Notes: generated by a model from the sequence alone, not told the origin. Positions 39,329-49,928 are shown, counted from the stretch's first letter. The stretch is 64,000 nucleotides of DNA from Longimicrobiales bacterium (GCA_965249725.1 CBDFMQ010000002.1:256001-320000), one strand, 5' to 3'. Numbers and translations are program-made.

Positions 39329-40708
39329 ATGAGTTGGAGAAATTTGTGCGCCGGGTTCGGGACCACGACGCTCGCGCTGGCGTTCACGGTTCTGTACGCC
39401 GCGCCCGCGAGTGCGCAGCATGCGCCGGGCGAGCAGGGTAGCAGCAACGTCCACGTTCTGTCTCATGTGCCCCTGGGTGGTGCCAGGCCCTTGGCGAATT
39501 CGGATGCGGCGGGGATCGACTCGTACGGTCGACGGACCGCCGATATCGAGATGGAAGAGGACATGGACCGTCCGTACGTCTACGTGTCCAGTCGTTTTGC
39601 CCCGAGCGGTTTCTCAATCATCAGTGTCGAAGATCCCGAGAACGCCGAGATCATCTACAAGTGGGTGGTCGACAACCCCATGCTCCATCAGGGCTCGGGA
39701 GCGCTGGACGGGAAGTACTTCAAGTCTGGTGGCCGCTACTACTACATCCAGTCCTTCCAGTTCAGGGCCGGCGGACCGGACTCGGATCTGGGCGCCATCA
39801 TCTTCGACGTGACCGGCCTGCCCGATCCGTCACAGGTGAGGGAAGTGGGTCGCATTCAGGGGCCGTCACAGCAGGGTGGCTTCCACAACATCTTCGCGTA
39901 CAAGCACTCCGACGGCCGCAACCTTCTCTTCGCCACGATTTCCGAGCCTGCGGCGCACGTCTACGACCTGGACATGTTCCTGGCCGGTGACCCCGACTTC
40001 GGGCTTATCGCCCGCGTACCGAATCCTGATCCCGCGCAAAGCAGGGGTTATCACGACTACTACGTCGGCTACCACCCGGAGAGCGGGCAGGATCGCTTCT
40101 ACGGAGCCGGGGGCGGCGGGTTCTACGTGTACGACATCACGGACCTCGGCAACCCGAACTTCCTGACGTCGGTCACCAATGTGTCCGGCATCCGGAGTGG
40201 ACACACGCTCACGCCGACGCCCGACGGGCGTTATGCCGTGGGTGAGACCGAGTACAGGACGGCTCCTCTGCGTATCTTCGACCTCCAGCCGGGTCTCGAT
40301 GGAGACGTGCCGACCATCACGCGACCCATCGGTGCCTGGACGGCCAACTGGAAGAACTTCTCGCACAACCACGAGGTCCGGTGGCCTTACGTGTTCGTGG
40401 CCGCTCTCGACGACGGGATGCAGGTCTTCAACATGATGGATCCGACCAATCCCTACACCGTCGGATTCTACGACACGTGGGACGGGCCGGACGGCACGCT
40501 CGCGAACCCCGCCACGACCTTCCAGGGCGCCTGGGGTGTCGACGTGCGCAACAACGACGGCCTCATCGTGGTGAGCAGCTTCATCACGGGCCTTTGGATC
40601 ATGAGGATGGACGGCTTCGAGGGTTGGAACGGTGAGGACTGGGGTATGCCGAACGTCTCCAGCGTACAGGACTGGGATAACGGCCCGGTGTCGCGACCCG
40701 TTTCATAA
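39329..40708 (+). CDS. Secreted LVIVD-type beta-propeller protein, paralogue P4
   Basis: GGGAGG RBS, signal peptide; same His motifs; ends RPVS. Confidence 0.82.
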   Translation: MSWRNLCAGFGTTTLALAFTVLYAAPASAQHAPGEQGSSNVHVLSHVPLGGARPLANSDAAGIDSYGRRTADIEMEEDMDRPYVYVSSRFAPSGFSIISVEDPENAEIIYKWVVDNPMLHQGSGALDGKYFKSGGRYYYIQSFQFRAGGPDSDLGAIIFDVTGLPDPSQVREVGRIQGPSQQGGFHNIFAYKHSDGRNLLFATISEPAAHVYDLDMFLAGDPDFGLIARVPNPDPAQSRGYHDYYVGYHPESGQDRFYGAGGGGFYVYDITDLGNPNFLTSVTNVSGIRSGHTLTPTPDGRYAVGETEYRTAPLRIFDLQPGLDGDVPTITRPIGAWTANWKNFSHNHEVRWPYVFVAALDDGMQVFNMMDPTNPYTVGFYDTWDGPDGTLANPATTFQGAWGVDVRNNDGLIVVSSFITGLWIMRMDGFEGWNGEDWGMPNVSSVQDWDNGPVSRPVS

Positions 40709-40723
40709 GACTTTTGTCAGGGT

Positions 40724-40764
40724 CGAGGGGGATGGGGGCGTCATGTGCGCCTTCATCCCCCTCG
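40724..40764. terminator. Strong intergenic hairpin between P4 and P5
   Basis: CGAGGGGGATG...CATCCCCCTCG perfect 11-bp outer stem extended by GGGGCG/CGCCTT. Confidence 0.55.
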
Positions 40765-40794
40765 GTTGTATGTATCCCGTCCGGAGGTAGCCCC

Positions 40795-42186
40795 ATGTCA
40801 TCGAGACCCTCAACCATCATCCGGGTGGCGATCGCATCAGCCGTTGCGTTCGCCGCTGCGTTCGCCTTGGGTGCGTCCTCCCACGTCGCGGGCCAGGACC
40901 AGTCCACGTATCCCCGCATGCCGGGAATGGCGGGAAGCCCGAACGTCGAAGTCCTCTCGCACCTCACGTTGGGCATGGGGACCGTGTCGGACATCGAGGT
41001 CGAGCAGGACGCCGACCGTCCTTACGCCTACGTGACCCGCCGGATGGGCGGCTTCGACGTGATCAGCCTGGAAGATCCGGAGAACGCCGAGGTCATCTAC
41101 GAGTGGCGGATTGAGAATCTGGCACTCCACCAAGGTGGGGGATCCGACACCAAGTACTTCAAGCACGACGGGCGTTACTACCTGGTGCAGGGAGTCAGCT
41201 TCCGGCAGGGCGGTCCCGACGCTGACGTCGCTGCCATCGTCTTCGACGTGACCGGACTCCCCGACGGATCGCAGGTGCGAGAGGTGGGGCGCGTGCGGCC
41301 CGAGGGTGGAGGGGGCTTCCACAATATCTTCATGTACAAGCACACCGACGGCCGTCCGATTCTCCTGGCCACCCACGCGGGCGCCAAGATGTTCGACATG
41401 GGGAGGTTCGTCGAGGGCGAGGAGGACCAGGGCTACCTCGGGACGATCGGCGTACCGCCGGATCCCGGGAATCTGTCGACCGGCTACCATGACCTCTACG
41501 CTGCGTTCGATCCGACCACGCAGCAGGACCGGTTCTATGGTGGAGGGGGTGGGGGATACTACGTCTACGACATCACCAGTCCGGAGAACCACGAACTCAT
41601 CACGACGGTCACGGGTGTGTCCGGATTCAATTGGGGTCACACCTTCACGCCTACCCCCGACGGTCGGTACGCCGTGGGCGAGGCCGAGTGGCAGTACCAG
41701 CCGCTTCGGATCTTCGATCTGAAGCCGGGACTGGATGCCGCGGCTAGGGGTGAGCTGCTGAACATCCGCCGTCCCATCGGCGCCTGGCATGCCGACTACA
41801 AGACGGTGGCCCACAACCACGAGGTCCGGTGGCCCTACGTGTTCGTTTCGGGCTACGTGACCGGCCTGTCGGTCTTCAACATGATGGACCCCACGAACCC
41901 CTATACCGTCGGATACTACGACACGTATCCGGGCCCGAACGACAAGGGCGGTGAGGAACTCGGCAGGGGTGGCAACTTCACCTGGGACGTCTACGAGGGT
42001 GCTTGGGGAATCGACGTGCGGAACGTCGACGGGCTGATCGTGATAAGCGATATGACCACAGGGTTCTGGATCTTCAAGATGGACGGCTTCGACGGATGGA
42101 ACGGGAACGATTGGGGGATGCCGAACAACTCGAGCGCCCAGGATTGGGACAACGGACCCGACGGCGTGCAGAGGCCGATATCCTGA
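40795..42186 (+). CDS. Secreted LVIVD-type beta-propeller protein, paralogue P5
   Basis: ATG 40795 after GGAGG; signal peptide; closest to P3; ends RPIS. Confidence 0.82.
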   Translation: MSSRPSTIIRVAIASAVAFAAAFALGASSHVAGQDQSTYPRMPGMAGSPNVEVLSHLTLGMGTVSDIEVEQDADRPYAYVTRRMGGFDVISLEDPENAEVIYEWRIENLALHQGGGSDTKYFKHDGRYYLVQGVSFRQGGPDADVAAIVFDVTGLPDGSQVREVGRVRPEGGGGFHNIFMYKHTDGRPILLATHAGAKMFDMGRFVEGEEDQGYLGTIGVPPDPGNLSTGYHDLYAAFDPTTQQDRFYGGGGGGYYVYDITSPENHELITTVTGVSGFNWGHTFTPTPDGRYAVGEAEWQYQPLRIFDLKPGLDAAARGELLNIRRPIGAWHADYKTVAHNHEVRWPYVFVSGYVTGLSVFNMMDPTNPYTVGYYDTYPGPNDKGGEELGRGGNFTWDVYEGAWGIDVRNVDGLIVISDMTTGFWIFKMDGFDGWNGNDWGMPNNSSAQDWDNGPDGVQRPIS

Positions 42187-44378
42187 GGATTCACGGTACG
42201 GCATTGCTGCTGGTCGTGCTGGTTGCTGGATGGTTGCAGCCAGCGGCCGGCCAAGAGTTGCCCGGGGCCGCCTCGGACGCAGTGCCTCAGAGCAACAGCG
42301 ACATCCGCGTGCCCGCTACGTTCGTCGAGGACCGCCCGAGCATAGACGGAGTGTTGGACGAGGCCTTCTGGCAAGCGATTGAACCCATCAGCGACTTCAA
42401 GCAGAGGCTGCCAAACGAGGGTGCCGAGCCCACGGAGCGCACCGAGCTCCGGATCGCCTACGACCGCCGTGCAATCTACTTCGGACTCACGGCATTCGAC
42501 TCGGAACCTGACAAGATCAAGCGCACCATTTTGAAGCGAGAGGGATTCATCCCCCAGGACGATCACTTTCATATAGGGCTGGACTCGTACAACGATGATC
42601 GCAACGCATACTTGTTCGAGCTGAATTCCTTCGGAACGCAGGGTGACGGCCTAGTCACGGACGAGAATGACATTGCCTGGAACTGGGAGGGCGTTTATGA
42701 GAGCCAGGGTCAGGTCAACGACGAAGGCTGGGTGTTGGAGGTGGCTATCCCCTTCACCACGATTCGCTTCGATCCGGCGGAGAGCATCGAGATGGGGGTG
42801 GCGATTGAGCGGGGGATCGTACGCAAGAACGAGATTCTGCTGTGGCCACTCATCGATCTCGACTATAGGCGCTTCTATGGTCTCGTTCACTCGTCCCAGT
42901 ACGCGACGATCGTGGGGCTCGAGAACTTGCGTCCCGGCCGGAACCTGGAGATCAAACCCTATGCGCTCGCCGGCGCCCAGAAGGTCAACCTCGGTGTAGA
43001 AGGGGCCGAAAATGACACCGACGGAGACTTCGGTCTCGATGTGAAGTACGGCATCACTTCCAACCTCACGCTCGATCTCACGTACAACACCGATTTTGCC
43101 CAAGTGGAGGCGGACAACGTCCAGATCAACCTCACTCGATTCAGTCTGCGTTTCCCTGAAAAGCGTGAGTTCTTTCTCGAGAGATCGGGCCTGTTCGAGT
43201 TCGGATCGCGGGGCACAGAGACATTCTTCAGCCGTCGTATTGGAATCACGAACGACATTCTGGCTGGGGCACGTGTCACGGGGCAGGCCGGTCCGATCTC
43301 GGTTGGTATGCTCGATCTCCAGACCAGGAACGAGATCGACGCTCCGGGAACCAACTTCGGCGTCGCTCGAATCCGGGGCGACGTGTTGCCGGGATTGACC
43401 CTCGGCACGCTTTTCACGAATCGTGAAGGCGACGGCGAACACAACCGGGCCGTTGGTGGCGACATGTCGGTCCGGTTCTGGAGTGGGAGCACCCTCGACG
43501 CCTGGGCGACTAACGTGTGGTCGTCGGAGGGCGACGGCCGCTCGTCTGCGGGGGCCGTGGATCTGACCATCGACACGGACCTCTATCTGCTCGAGGTAGG
43601 CTATCTGAACGTCGGGGACGACTTCAACCCGGGAATCGGGTTCGTGCGCCGCCGCGACATGATCCGTTACAGCGGGAAGGCGGGCGTTTCGCCCCGCATC
43701 GGCCGGGGCGATCGGTTCGTTCGTCAGGTGTCCCTGTCGGTGGGTGGCAACTACATCGAGGGCCAGAATCATGAGAAGCAGTCGACCGAGCTGGGCGCAG
43801 ACTTCTCGTTCTCGCTCGAGAATACGGACCGCGGCGGGGGCAGTGTGAAGCGCAGCTTCGAGCGCCTCGACGTGCCGTTCCAGATCCGTGACGACGTGAC
43901 GATCGCTGCGGGCGACTACAACTTCACGACGGGCAGCTTCAACTACCGGCCCAACTGGAGCCGGCCCCTGGCCGGTTCACTCGCCCTCACCTATGGCGGG
44001 TTCTTCGGGGGCACGAGGACGACGTTCGGTGGTGGCCCGACCGTGAAGTTCTCGAAGCACCTCGAGGTGCGCCTCACGGCCCATCACAACGTCATCTCCC
44101 TTCCGGTCGAGAATGGTGATTTCTCGGCCACCATTCTGGGAGCCAACATCCTGACGGCCGTCAGTCGCAAGATCTTCGCCGAGGCGTTGATCCAGTACGA
44201 CAACGACTCGAAGAAGCTCCAGGCCAACTTGAGGATCAACTGGATTCACACGCCGGGGTCGGATCTGTTCGTGGTCTTCAACACCGGGTATTTCTTCGAA
44301 GACGGGATCAACTTCAGGGAATCGGCGTTGGATCAGAGGACGGGGTTGGTGAAGCTGACCTACTTGTGGTCGCTGTGA
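42183..44378 (+). CDS. CBM9-like + DUF5916 outer-membrane beta-barrel protein
   Basis: PSIDGVLDEAFW (CBM9/DOMON-like), NTDFAQVEAD..INLTRF..FPEKREFF, terminal VKLTYLWSL beta-signal; start uncertain (CTG 42183 or TTG 42204). Confidence 0.8.
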   Translation: MRIHGTALLLVVLVAGWLQPAAGQELPGAASDAVPQSNSDIRVPATFVEDRPSIDGVLDEAFWQAIEPISDFKQRLPNEGAEPTERTELRIAYDRRAIYFGLTAFDSEPDKIKRTILKREGFIPQDDHFHIGLDSYNDDRNAYLFELNSFGTQGDGLVTDENDIAWNWEGVYESQGQVNDEGWVLEVAIPFTTIRFDPAESIEMGVAIERGIVRKNEILLWPLIDLDYRRFYGLVHSSQYATIVGLENLRPGRNLEIKPYALAGAQKVNLGVEGAENDTDGDFGLDVKYGITSNLTLDLTYNTDFAQVEADNVQINLTRFSLRFPEKREFFLERSGLFEFGSRGTETFFSRRIGITNDILAGARVTGQAGPISVGMLDLQTRNEIDAPGTNFGVARIRGDVLPGLTLGTLFTNREGDGEHNRAVGGDMSVRFWSGSTLDAWATNVWSSEGDGRSSAGAVDLTIDTDLYLLEVGYLNVGDDFNPGIGFVRRRDMIRYSGKAGVSPRIGRGDRFVRQVSLSVGGNYIEGQNHEKQSTELGADFSFSLENTDRGGGSVKRSFERLDVPFQIRDDVTIAAGDYNFTTGSFNYRPNWSRPLAGSLALTYGGFFGGTRTTFGGGPTVKFSKHLEVRLTAHHNVISLPVENGDFSATILGANILTAVSRKIFAEALIQYDNDSKKLQANLRINWIHTPGSDLFVVFNTGYFFEDGINFRESALDQRTGLVKLTYLWSL

Positions 44379-44507
44379 GATCCGTCGACCGCCGCGATCC
44401 GACTGTCTGACGCGAAGATCTCGATCTTAATATGCTTGCGCCGTCGGTTCGGCCGGCCTAGATAGGAATGTGGGTTCCCGCCGGGTGACTTCCACCGCTC
44501 GGCCCCA

Positions 44508-47500
44508 GTGCTATACCCGGTGGTATGCCCGATGCGCGGTCGCCTCCTCAACCGCATTTCCCCTCGCTTCCTCGCGCCGCTCCTGGTGCTGATCGTGCTG
44601 TCTTGCACGGACGGCGTCCGGCCGAACACCTCGGAACCCTCCTACTTTCGCGCCCCACTCCTCCTCGCGCCCCGAATCTCGTCCCTGTCGTCTGCCTTTA
44701 AGGCCGAGCCCGTCAATCGAATCCGGCTGACGGTACGTCACGCTCTGACGGCAGTCGTTCTGGCCACACAGGATCTCCCCGTCGATCCAAATGCCGCCCA
44801 GTGGCAGGTTGAGTTCGAGGTCGAGCTGCCGGGAGGCGCACCCGTTCCGGTAGTTGCCGAAGCCGAGTTGCTGGATGGTGACATCGTGCAGTGGAGCGGC
44901 CGCCTGGAGTTGGAGGTGGCAGCCCAGGCTACCCCGGTGGTCCACGAGCTCGATGTCTTCAGAGGCCCGCTCGACAACTTCTGGGCCGTCCTGGTTGCCA
45001 TTCAAGGAGGCCCGCTGTCCATGCTCGAGGGGGGTACGCTGCCACTGAATGCTACGGTGCAGGTGGATGGCAACCCGAACGCTCGGCCGCAGGTCTTCTG
45101 GCTGTCCCTCGACCCCACGGTCGCAACCGTCGGCGAAGCGAGCGGCGTCGTGACAGGGGTGAGCCCCGGCATCGCCCGGATCGTTGCGATCGCTGGCCGA
45201 GCGTCCGATCAGGTCGAGATCACCGTCCGGTCCAGGCCCGCTTCGATACAGATCCTCCCTGAGTCGATCGCTTTTGATGCGTTCGGACTTCAGGCTGCAT
45301 TCACCGCCGACGTTCTCGATACGCGCGGCGACGTGCTGGCCGGGGCGCAAGTCGCCTGGTCGGCGGAGGACCCGGCGGTGGCGGCGCACGAGGCCGGGGG
45401 ATCATTCATGGCCGTCGGCAACGGCGTGACGACCGCGATCGCGACGTCGGTTGATGATCCGTCGATCATGGCGTCGGTGCCCATCACGGTTCGGCAGATC
45501 GTCGCCGGCCTCGAGCTGTTCCCCACCTCACTGAGGCTGGTCTCCTTGGGGGAGACAGCGGCCCTGACCGCCTCGGCCGTCGACCCCCAGGGACACGACG
45601 TCGGTGACGCCGTGCTCGGGTGGTCCTCGGCCGACCCGAATGTTGCAGCCGTGGACGCGAACGGAGTCGTGACGGCCGTCGGCACGGGCATGACGACGAT
45701 CACAGGGACCGCCTCGGCGCCCGAGCTCGGTGTGGCGGAGGGGCGCGCAGCCCTACAGCAGCCGGTGGAAGCATCGATTACGGTGGAAGTGACCCAGGCG
45801 GCTTTCTCGGTGGTGGTCACGCCGAGCGAGGTCGAGCTGGGGGCGGTTGGGGAGACCACGCAGTTCGAGGCTCAGATCGTCGATGCCCTGGGGGTGCCGA
45901 TCACCGACGTCATGCCGGTCTGGAGCTCGACCCATCCGGAGATCGCATCCATCGATGTCGATGGCCTGGCCACGGCCCATGCTGTCGGCACGACCGCGAT
46001 ACAGGCCGCGGTCGACGGGATTGTAGGCCAAGCCACGCTGACCGTCGTCGCAGCGGATTTGATCGTGAGCCTGTTCGAGGTTCTCCCCGGCGGAGCACCA
46101 GGGAGCGTGATCACCGCCGCGGATGTCTTCTTCCGCGTGGAGGTGTTCAACCTCGGCCCCGGGGCCGCGGCGGCGACCGGTATCACCATCGACGTCCGCG
46201 ACAGCGGAACGGACGCGTTGGTCGGCCAGCTCACCTTCCCACAGCCTGCCCTCGACCCCGGCACTGGCTTCCTGCTCGAGGAGTTCGGTGCGGGCCAGTG
46301 GGCCGCCCTGACCCTGCCGGCCGGAGTGTACTTCGAGGCACGAACCGATCCGCACGACGGGGTGGTGGAAGGGGACGAGGCCAACAACAGCATCGTTTCG
46401 GCCGACTTCACCGTCCTGCTGACGGCGATCAACAAGTGGATCAATCCGGCGGGTGGCAACTGGAGCAACGCGTCCAACTGGAGCCTCGGGCACGTGCCCG
46501 ACCTCACCGATGGCGAGGTGGTCATCGATCTGGACGGCACCTACACGGTCACGATGGACGTGAACTCCAACGTGAAGGTCCTGACGGTGGGTGGAGGCAC
46601 GGGCGTGCAGACCCTCGCAGCCGACGGGCGGACGTTGACGCTCGACGGGGCGAGCACGGTCGCTTCGACGGGGGAGCTCAGACTGACGAACACCACGGTC
46701 GACGGTACCGGCTCTCTGAACAACGGCGGGCTCCTCACCGTGTTGCCCGGCACGGACAACATCGACGTGCCGTTCACGCAGTCGGGCTCGGTCGTTCTGA
46801 ACGGGAACAACGGAAATGCCATCCTCACGGTGGCAAACGGGTTCACCAACGCCGGGACCATCGACCTGACCGGAACGAGCTGGGCCGGGGTGCTGAACGT
46901 GTCGGCCGGCACACTGACGAACGGGGCCGGCGCGACGATCCAGGCGACGGGTGGCTCGACGAACCAGATCACGGCCACGGTCGATAACCAGGGGACGATC
47001 CTGGTCCAAGACGGGCTCCAGTTCTTCAACAGCGGACGCACGCTCACGTCCACGTCGGGGACGTTCGACGTGGCCGCCGGCCAGCAGGTGGAGATCAACG
47101 GAGGCACCACGGAGTTCGGAACCGGCACAGGACTCGTCGGGACGGGCACGATCAATTGGACAGGTACCACGGTGACGCTGGTCAGCGATGTCACGGTGGC
47201 GAGCGGGGCACCGACGTGGGCGTTCGGTGGCACGAACGCCGTGACGATCAACGGAGCCGGCACGCTGATCAATCAGTCGTCGCTGATGCTGCAGAACGAG
47301 ACCGTGGACGTGGCGATCGACAACCAGGCGACGGGCATGATCACGGTGCTGCCGGGGCTCACCTGGTTCAACGATGCGGTGACGCAGGCGGGCACCATCG
47401 TGCTGAACGGCAACAACGGACACGCGAACCTCTATGTACCCAACAACAGCTTCACGAAGTCGGGGACCATCGAGCTCACGGGCACGAGCTGGGCCGGGAT

Positions 47501-49928
47501 CTTGCAGGTGTCGAGCGGCGTGCTCGGCACGCTGACGAACGCGAGCGGCGCGACGATCCGCTCGACGGCTGGCTCGAACAACCAGATCACCGGGCACATC
47601 GACAACCAGGGAACGATCCACGTCCAGAAGGGACTCCTACTGAATGCCGGAGATACGGACACGACGACCGGGACGTTGAACGTCGAGAGCGGCCACACTC
47701 TCCAGTGGAACTCGGGCACGATTACGCTGGGGTCGGCGACTGGGCTCGTGGGCACGGGGACCCTCCTATGGACAGGGACGACCATGACGTTGGGCAGCGA
47801 CGTGACGGTCGAGAGCGGAGAGCCTGCGTGGACGTTTGCCCCCACGGTGCCGGTCACCATCAACGGCCCCGGCACGCTGATCAACCAGGCGTCGTTGACC
47901 TTCCAGGACGAGATCGTGAACGCTGACCTCGACAACGAGGCGACTGGCACGATCACCGTGCTGCCCGGCACCACCCAGCTGAACGGTGCCGTGACCCAGG
48001 CGGGCACGATCGTCCTGAACGGCAACAACGGGGACGCCAACCTCACGGTGGCAAACGGGTTCACGAACGCGGGCACGATCGATCTGACGGGAACGAGCTG
48101 GGCCGGGTTGCTGAACGTGTCGGCCGGCACGCTGACGAACGGGGCCGGCGCGACGATCCAGGCCACGGGCGGCTCGACCAACCAGATCACGGCCACAGTC
48201 GACAACCAGGGCACGATCCTGGTCCAAGACGGTCTCAAGTTCTTTAACACCGGACGCACGCTCACCTCGACATCGGGGACGTTCAACGTGGCGGCCGGCC
48301 AGCAGGTGGAGATCAACGGAGGCGTGACCACGCTCGGGACAGCGACCGGGCTGGTCGGGACGGGCACGATCAACTGGACGGGGACGACGGTCACGTTGGC
48401 GAGTGACGTCACGGTCGCCGCCGGGGCACCGACGTGGGCGTTCGGCACGACTAACGCGGTGACGATCAACGGTGCCGGGACGCTGATCAATCAGGCCTCA
48501 CTGACATTCGAGAACGAGATCGTCGATGCAGACCTCGACAACCAGGCCACGGGGACGATCACCGTGCAACCCGGTACCACCCAGTTCAACGGGGCGGTGA
48601 CCCAGGCGGGCACCATCGTCCTGAACGGCAACAACGGTGACGCCAACCTCACGGTGGCCAACGGCTTCACGAACGCGGGGACCATCGACCTGACAGGGTC
48701 GAGCTGGGCCGGCGTGCTGAACGTGTCGGCCGGCACGCTGACGACGCTGGGGATGAACGTGATCAGTGCGACCGGCGGTGCGACGGGCCAAATCACCATG
48801 AACGTGATCAGTGCGACCGGCGGTGCGACGGGCCAAATCACCGCGACGATCGACAACCAGGGGACGTTGCTGTCTCAGGACGGGCTCAAGATCAACAACA
48901 GTGGTCGGACGCTCACCTCGACGACAGGAACGCTGAGCGTGTCGGCCGGCCAGCCACTGGAGATCAGCGGTGGCACGACGACGTTGGGTAGTAGCACGGG
49001 GCTGGTGGGCACCGGCACCCTCGACTGGAGGGACACGCCGACCATAACGTTGTCGAGCGATGTGACGGTGGCGAGCGGCGCTCCAACCTGGACCTTCGGT
49101 GGCGGAACCGCTGCAACGATCAACGGACCCGGCACCCTGATCAATCAGGTCTCGCTGACGATGATCAACGAGATCGTGAACGCCCCAATCAACAACCAAG
49201 CGACGGGCACGATCACAGTGCTACCCCCGGGCACGACTCAGTTCAATGGATCGGTGACCCAGGCAGGTGCGATCACTCTGAACGGCAACAACGGGCCTGC
49301 TCAGCTCACGGTGGCGAACGGCTTCACGAACACCGGGACGATCGAGCTCACCGGCACGAGCTGGGCCGGCTTCTTGACCGTATCGGCCGGCACGCTGACC
49401 AATTCGAGCGTCATTCAAGCGACGGGCGGCGCCACGAACCAGATCACCGCGACCCTCAACAATCAGGGCACGATCATCGTGAATGACCAGCTCGATCTGG
49501 TAGGCACAGTCACGCATGCTTCCGGGGCGCTACTTCAGGGCACCAGCACCCTCGACATTACGGGTGCCAGCCTCACGTTCAACGGTGATGTCAACCCCGG
49601 CGCGCCCGGCACAGCCGGCACTCTCACGATCACCGGTGCTCTCGTACTTCAGGGCACGAGCAACGTGAACATCGATCTGCTGGTAGCGGGCCAGGACCGC
49701 TTGGTCGTCACGGGAGCCGGGACCCTCGCCGGGACCCTCAACGTGAGCCGGGAAGGTGCCTACGTGCCCGGTATCGGCTCGTTCATCGAGATCATGAGCT
49801 ACTCGTCTCAGTCAGCGAGCTTCGGGGGTACCACTGGTGTCGGTGTGGGGTTCAACGGGGACCGACAGTTTTCCATCAATACCGGGGACGCGAGCAAGTT
49901 CCGGCTCGAAGTCACCGCGTTCCCCTAG
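44508..49928 (+). CDS. Giant surface lipoprotein: Ig-like (Big_2) domains, CARDB-like domain, ~5 T/G/N-rich beta-helix repeats
   Basis: VLSC lipobox; WxSxxPxVAxV..G Big_2 signatures; DPxxxVxExDExNN; repeated LNGNNG..TVANGFTNAGTIxLTGTSWAG. Confidence 0.8.
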   Translation: MLYPVVCPMRGRLLNRISPRFLAPLLVLIVLSCTDGVRPNTSEPSYFRAPLLLAPRISSLSSAFKAEPVNRIRLTVRHALTAVVLATQDLPVDPNAAQWQVEFEVELPGGAPVPVVAEAELLDGDIVQWSGRLELEVAAQATPVVHELDVFRGPLDNFWAVLVAIQGGPLSMLEGGTLPLNATVQVDGNPNARPQVFWLSLDPTVATVGEASGVVTGVSPGIARIVAIAGRASDQVEITVRSRPASIQILPESIAFDAFGLQAAFTADVLDTRGDVLAGAQVAWSAEDPAVAAHEAGGSFMAVGNGVTTAIATSVDDPSIMASVPITVRQIVAGLELFPTSLRLVSLGETAALTASAVDPQGHDVGDAVLGWSSADPNVAAVDANGVVTAVGTGMTTITGTASAPELGVAEGRAALQQPVEASITVEVTQAAFSVVVTPSEVELGAVGETTQFEAQIVDALGVPITDVMPVWSSTHPEIASIDVDGLATAHAVGTTAIQAAVDGIVGQATLTVVAADLIVSLFEVLPGGAPGSVITAADVFFRVEVFNLGPGAAAATGITIDVRDSGTDALVGQLTFPQPALDPGTGFLLEEFGAGQWAALTLPAGVYFEARTDPHDGVVEGDEANNSIVSADFTVLLTAINKWINPAGGNWSNASNWSLGHVPDLTDGEVVIDLDGTYTVTMDVNSNVKVLTVGGGTGVQTLAADGRTLTLDGASTVASTGELRLTNTTVDGTGSLNNGGLLTVLPGTDNIDVPFTQSGSVVLNGNNGNAILTVANGFTNAGTIDLTGTSWAGVLNVSAGTLTNGAGATIQATGGSTNQITATVDNQGTILVQDGLQFFNSGRTLTSTSGTFDVAAGQQVEINGGTTEFGTGTGLVGTGTINWTGTTVTLVSDVTVASGAPTWAFGGTNAVTINGAGTLINQSSLMLQNETVDVAIDNQATGMITVLPGLTWFNDAVTQAGTIVLNGNNGHANLYVPNNSFTKSGTIELTGTSWAGILQVSSGVLGTLTNASGATIRSTAGSNNQITGHIDNQGTIHVQKGLLLNAGDTDTTTGTLNVESGHTLQWNSGTITLGSATGLVGTGTLLWTGTTMTLGSDVTVESGEPAWTFAPTVPVTINGPGTLINQASLTFQDEIVNADLDNEATGTITVLPGTTQLNGAVTQAGTIVLNGNNGDANLTVANGFTNAGTIDLTGTSWAGLLNVSAGTLTNGAGATIQATGGSTNQITATVDNQGTILVQDGLKFFNTGRTLTSTSGTFNVAAGQQVEINGGVTTLGTATGLVGTGTINWTGTTVTLASDVTVAAGAPTWAFGTTNAVTINGAGTLINQASLTFENEIVDADLDNQATGTITVQPGTTQFNGAVTQAGTIVLNGNNGDANLTVANGFTNAGTIDLTGSSWAGVLNVSAGTLTTLGMNVISATGGATGQITMNVISATGGATGQITATIDNQGTLLSQDGLKINNSGRTLTSTTGTLSVSAGQPLEISGGTTTLGSSTGLVGTGTLDWRDTPTITLSSDVTVASGAPTWTFGGGTAATINGPGTLINQVSLTMINEIVNAPINNQATGTITVLPPGTTQFNGSVTQAGAITLNGNNGPAQLTVANGFTNTGTIELTGTSWAGFLTVSAGTLTNSSVIQATGGATNQITATLNNQGTIIVNDQLDLVGTVTHASGALLQGTSTLDITGASLTFNGDVNPGAPGTAGTLTITGALVLQGTSNVNIDLLVAGQDRLVVTGAGTLAGTLNVSREGAYVPGIGSFIEIMSYSSQSASFGGTTGVGVGFNGDRQFSINTGDASKFRLEVTAFP
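48753..48842 (+). repeat. Perfect 45-bp in-frame tandem duplication (MNVISATGGATGQIT x2)
   Basis: Two identical copies at 48753-48797 and 48798-48842. Confidence 0.95.

Noticed and set aside
40837..42204. Long antisense ORFs (also 4188-5423, 36396-37757, 45753-47621, 59473-60900)
   Set aside because: Typical high-GC shadow ORFs opposite well-supported genes, with no motifs
46790..49460. Diversity-generating retroelement template/variable repeats
   Set aside because: Repeats are in-frame domain duplications, differences are not adenine-specific, and no reverse transcriptase is present
44508..49928. Classical type Va autotransporter
   Set aside because: N-terminal lipobox and no ~300-aa C-terminal beta-barrel
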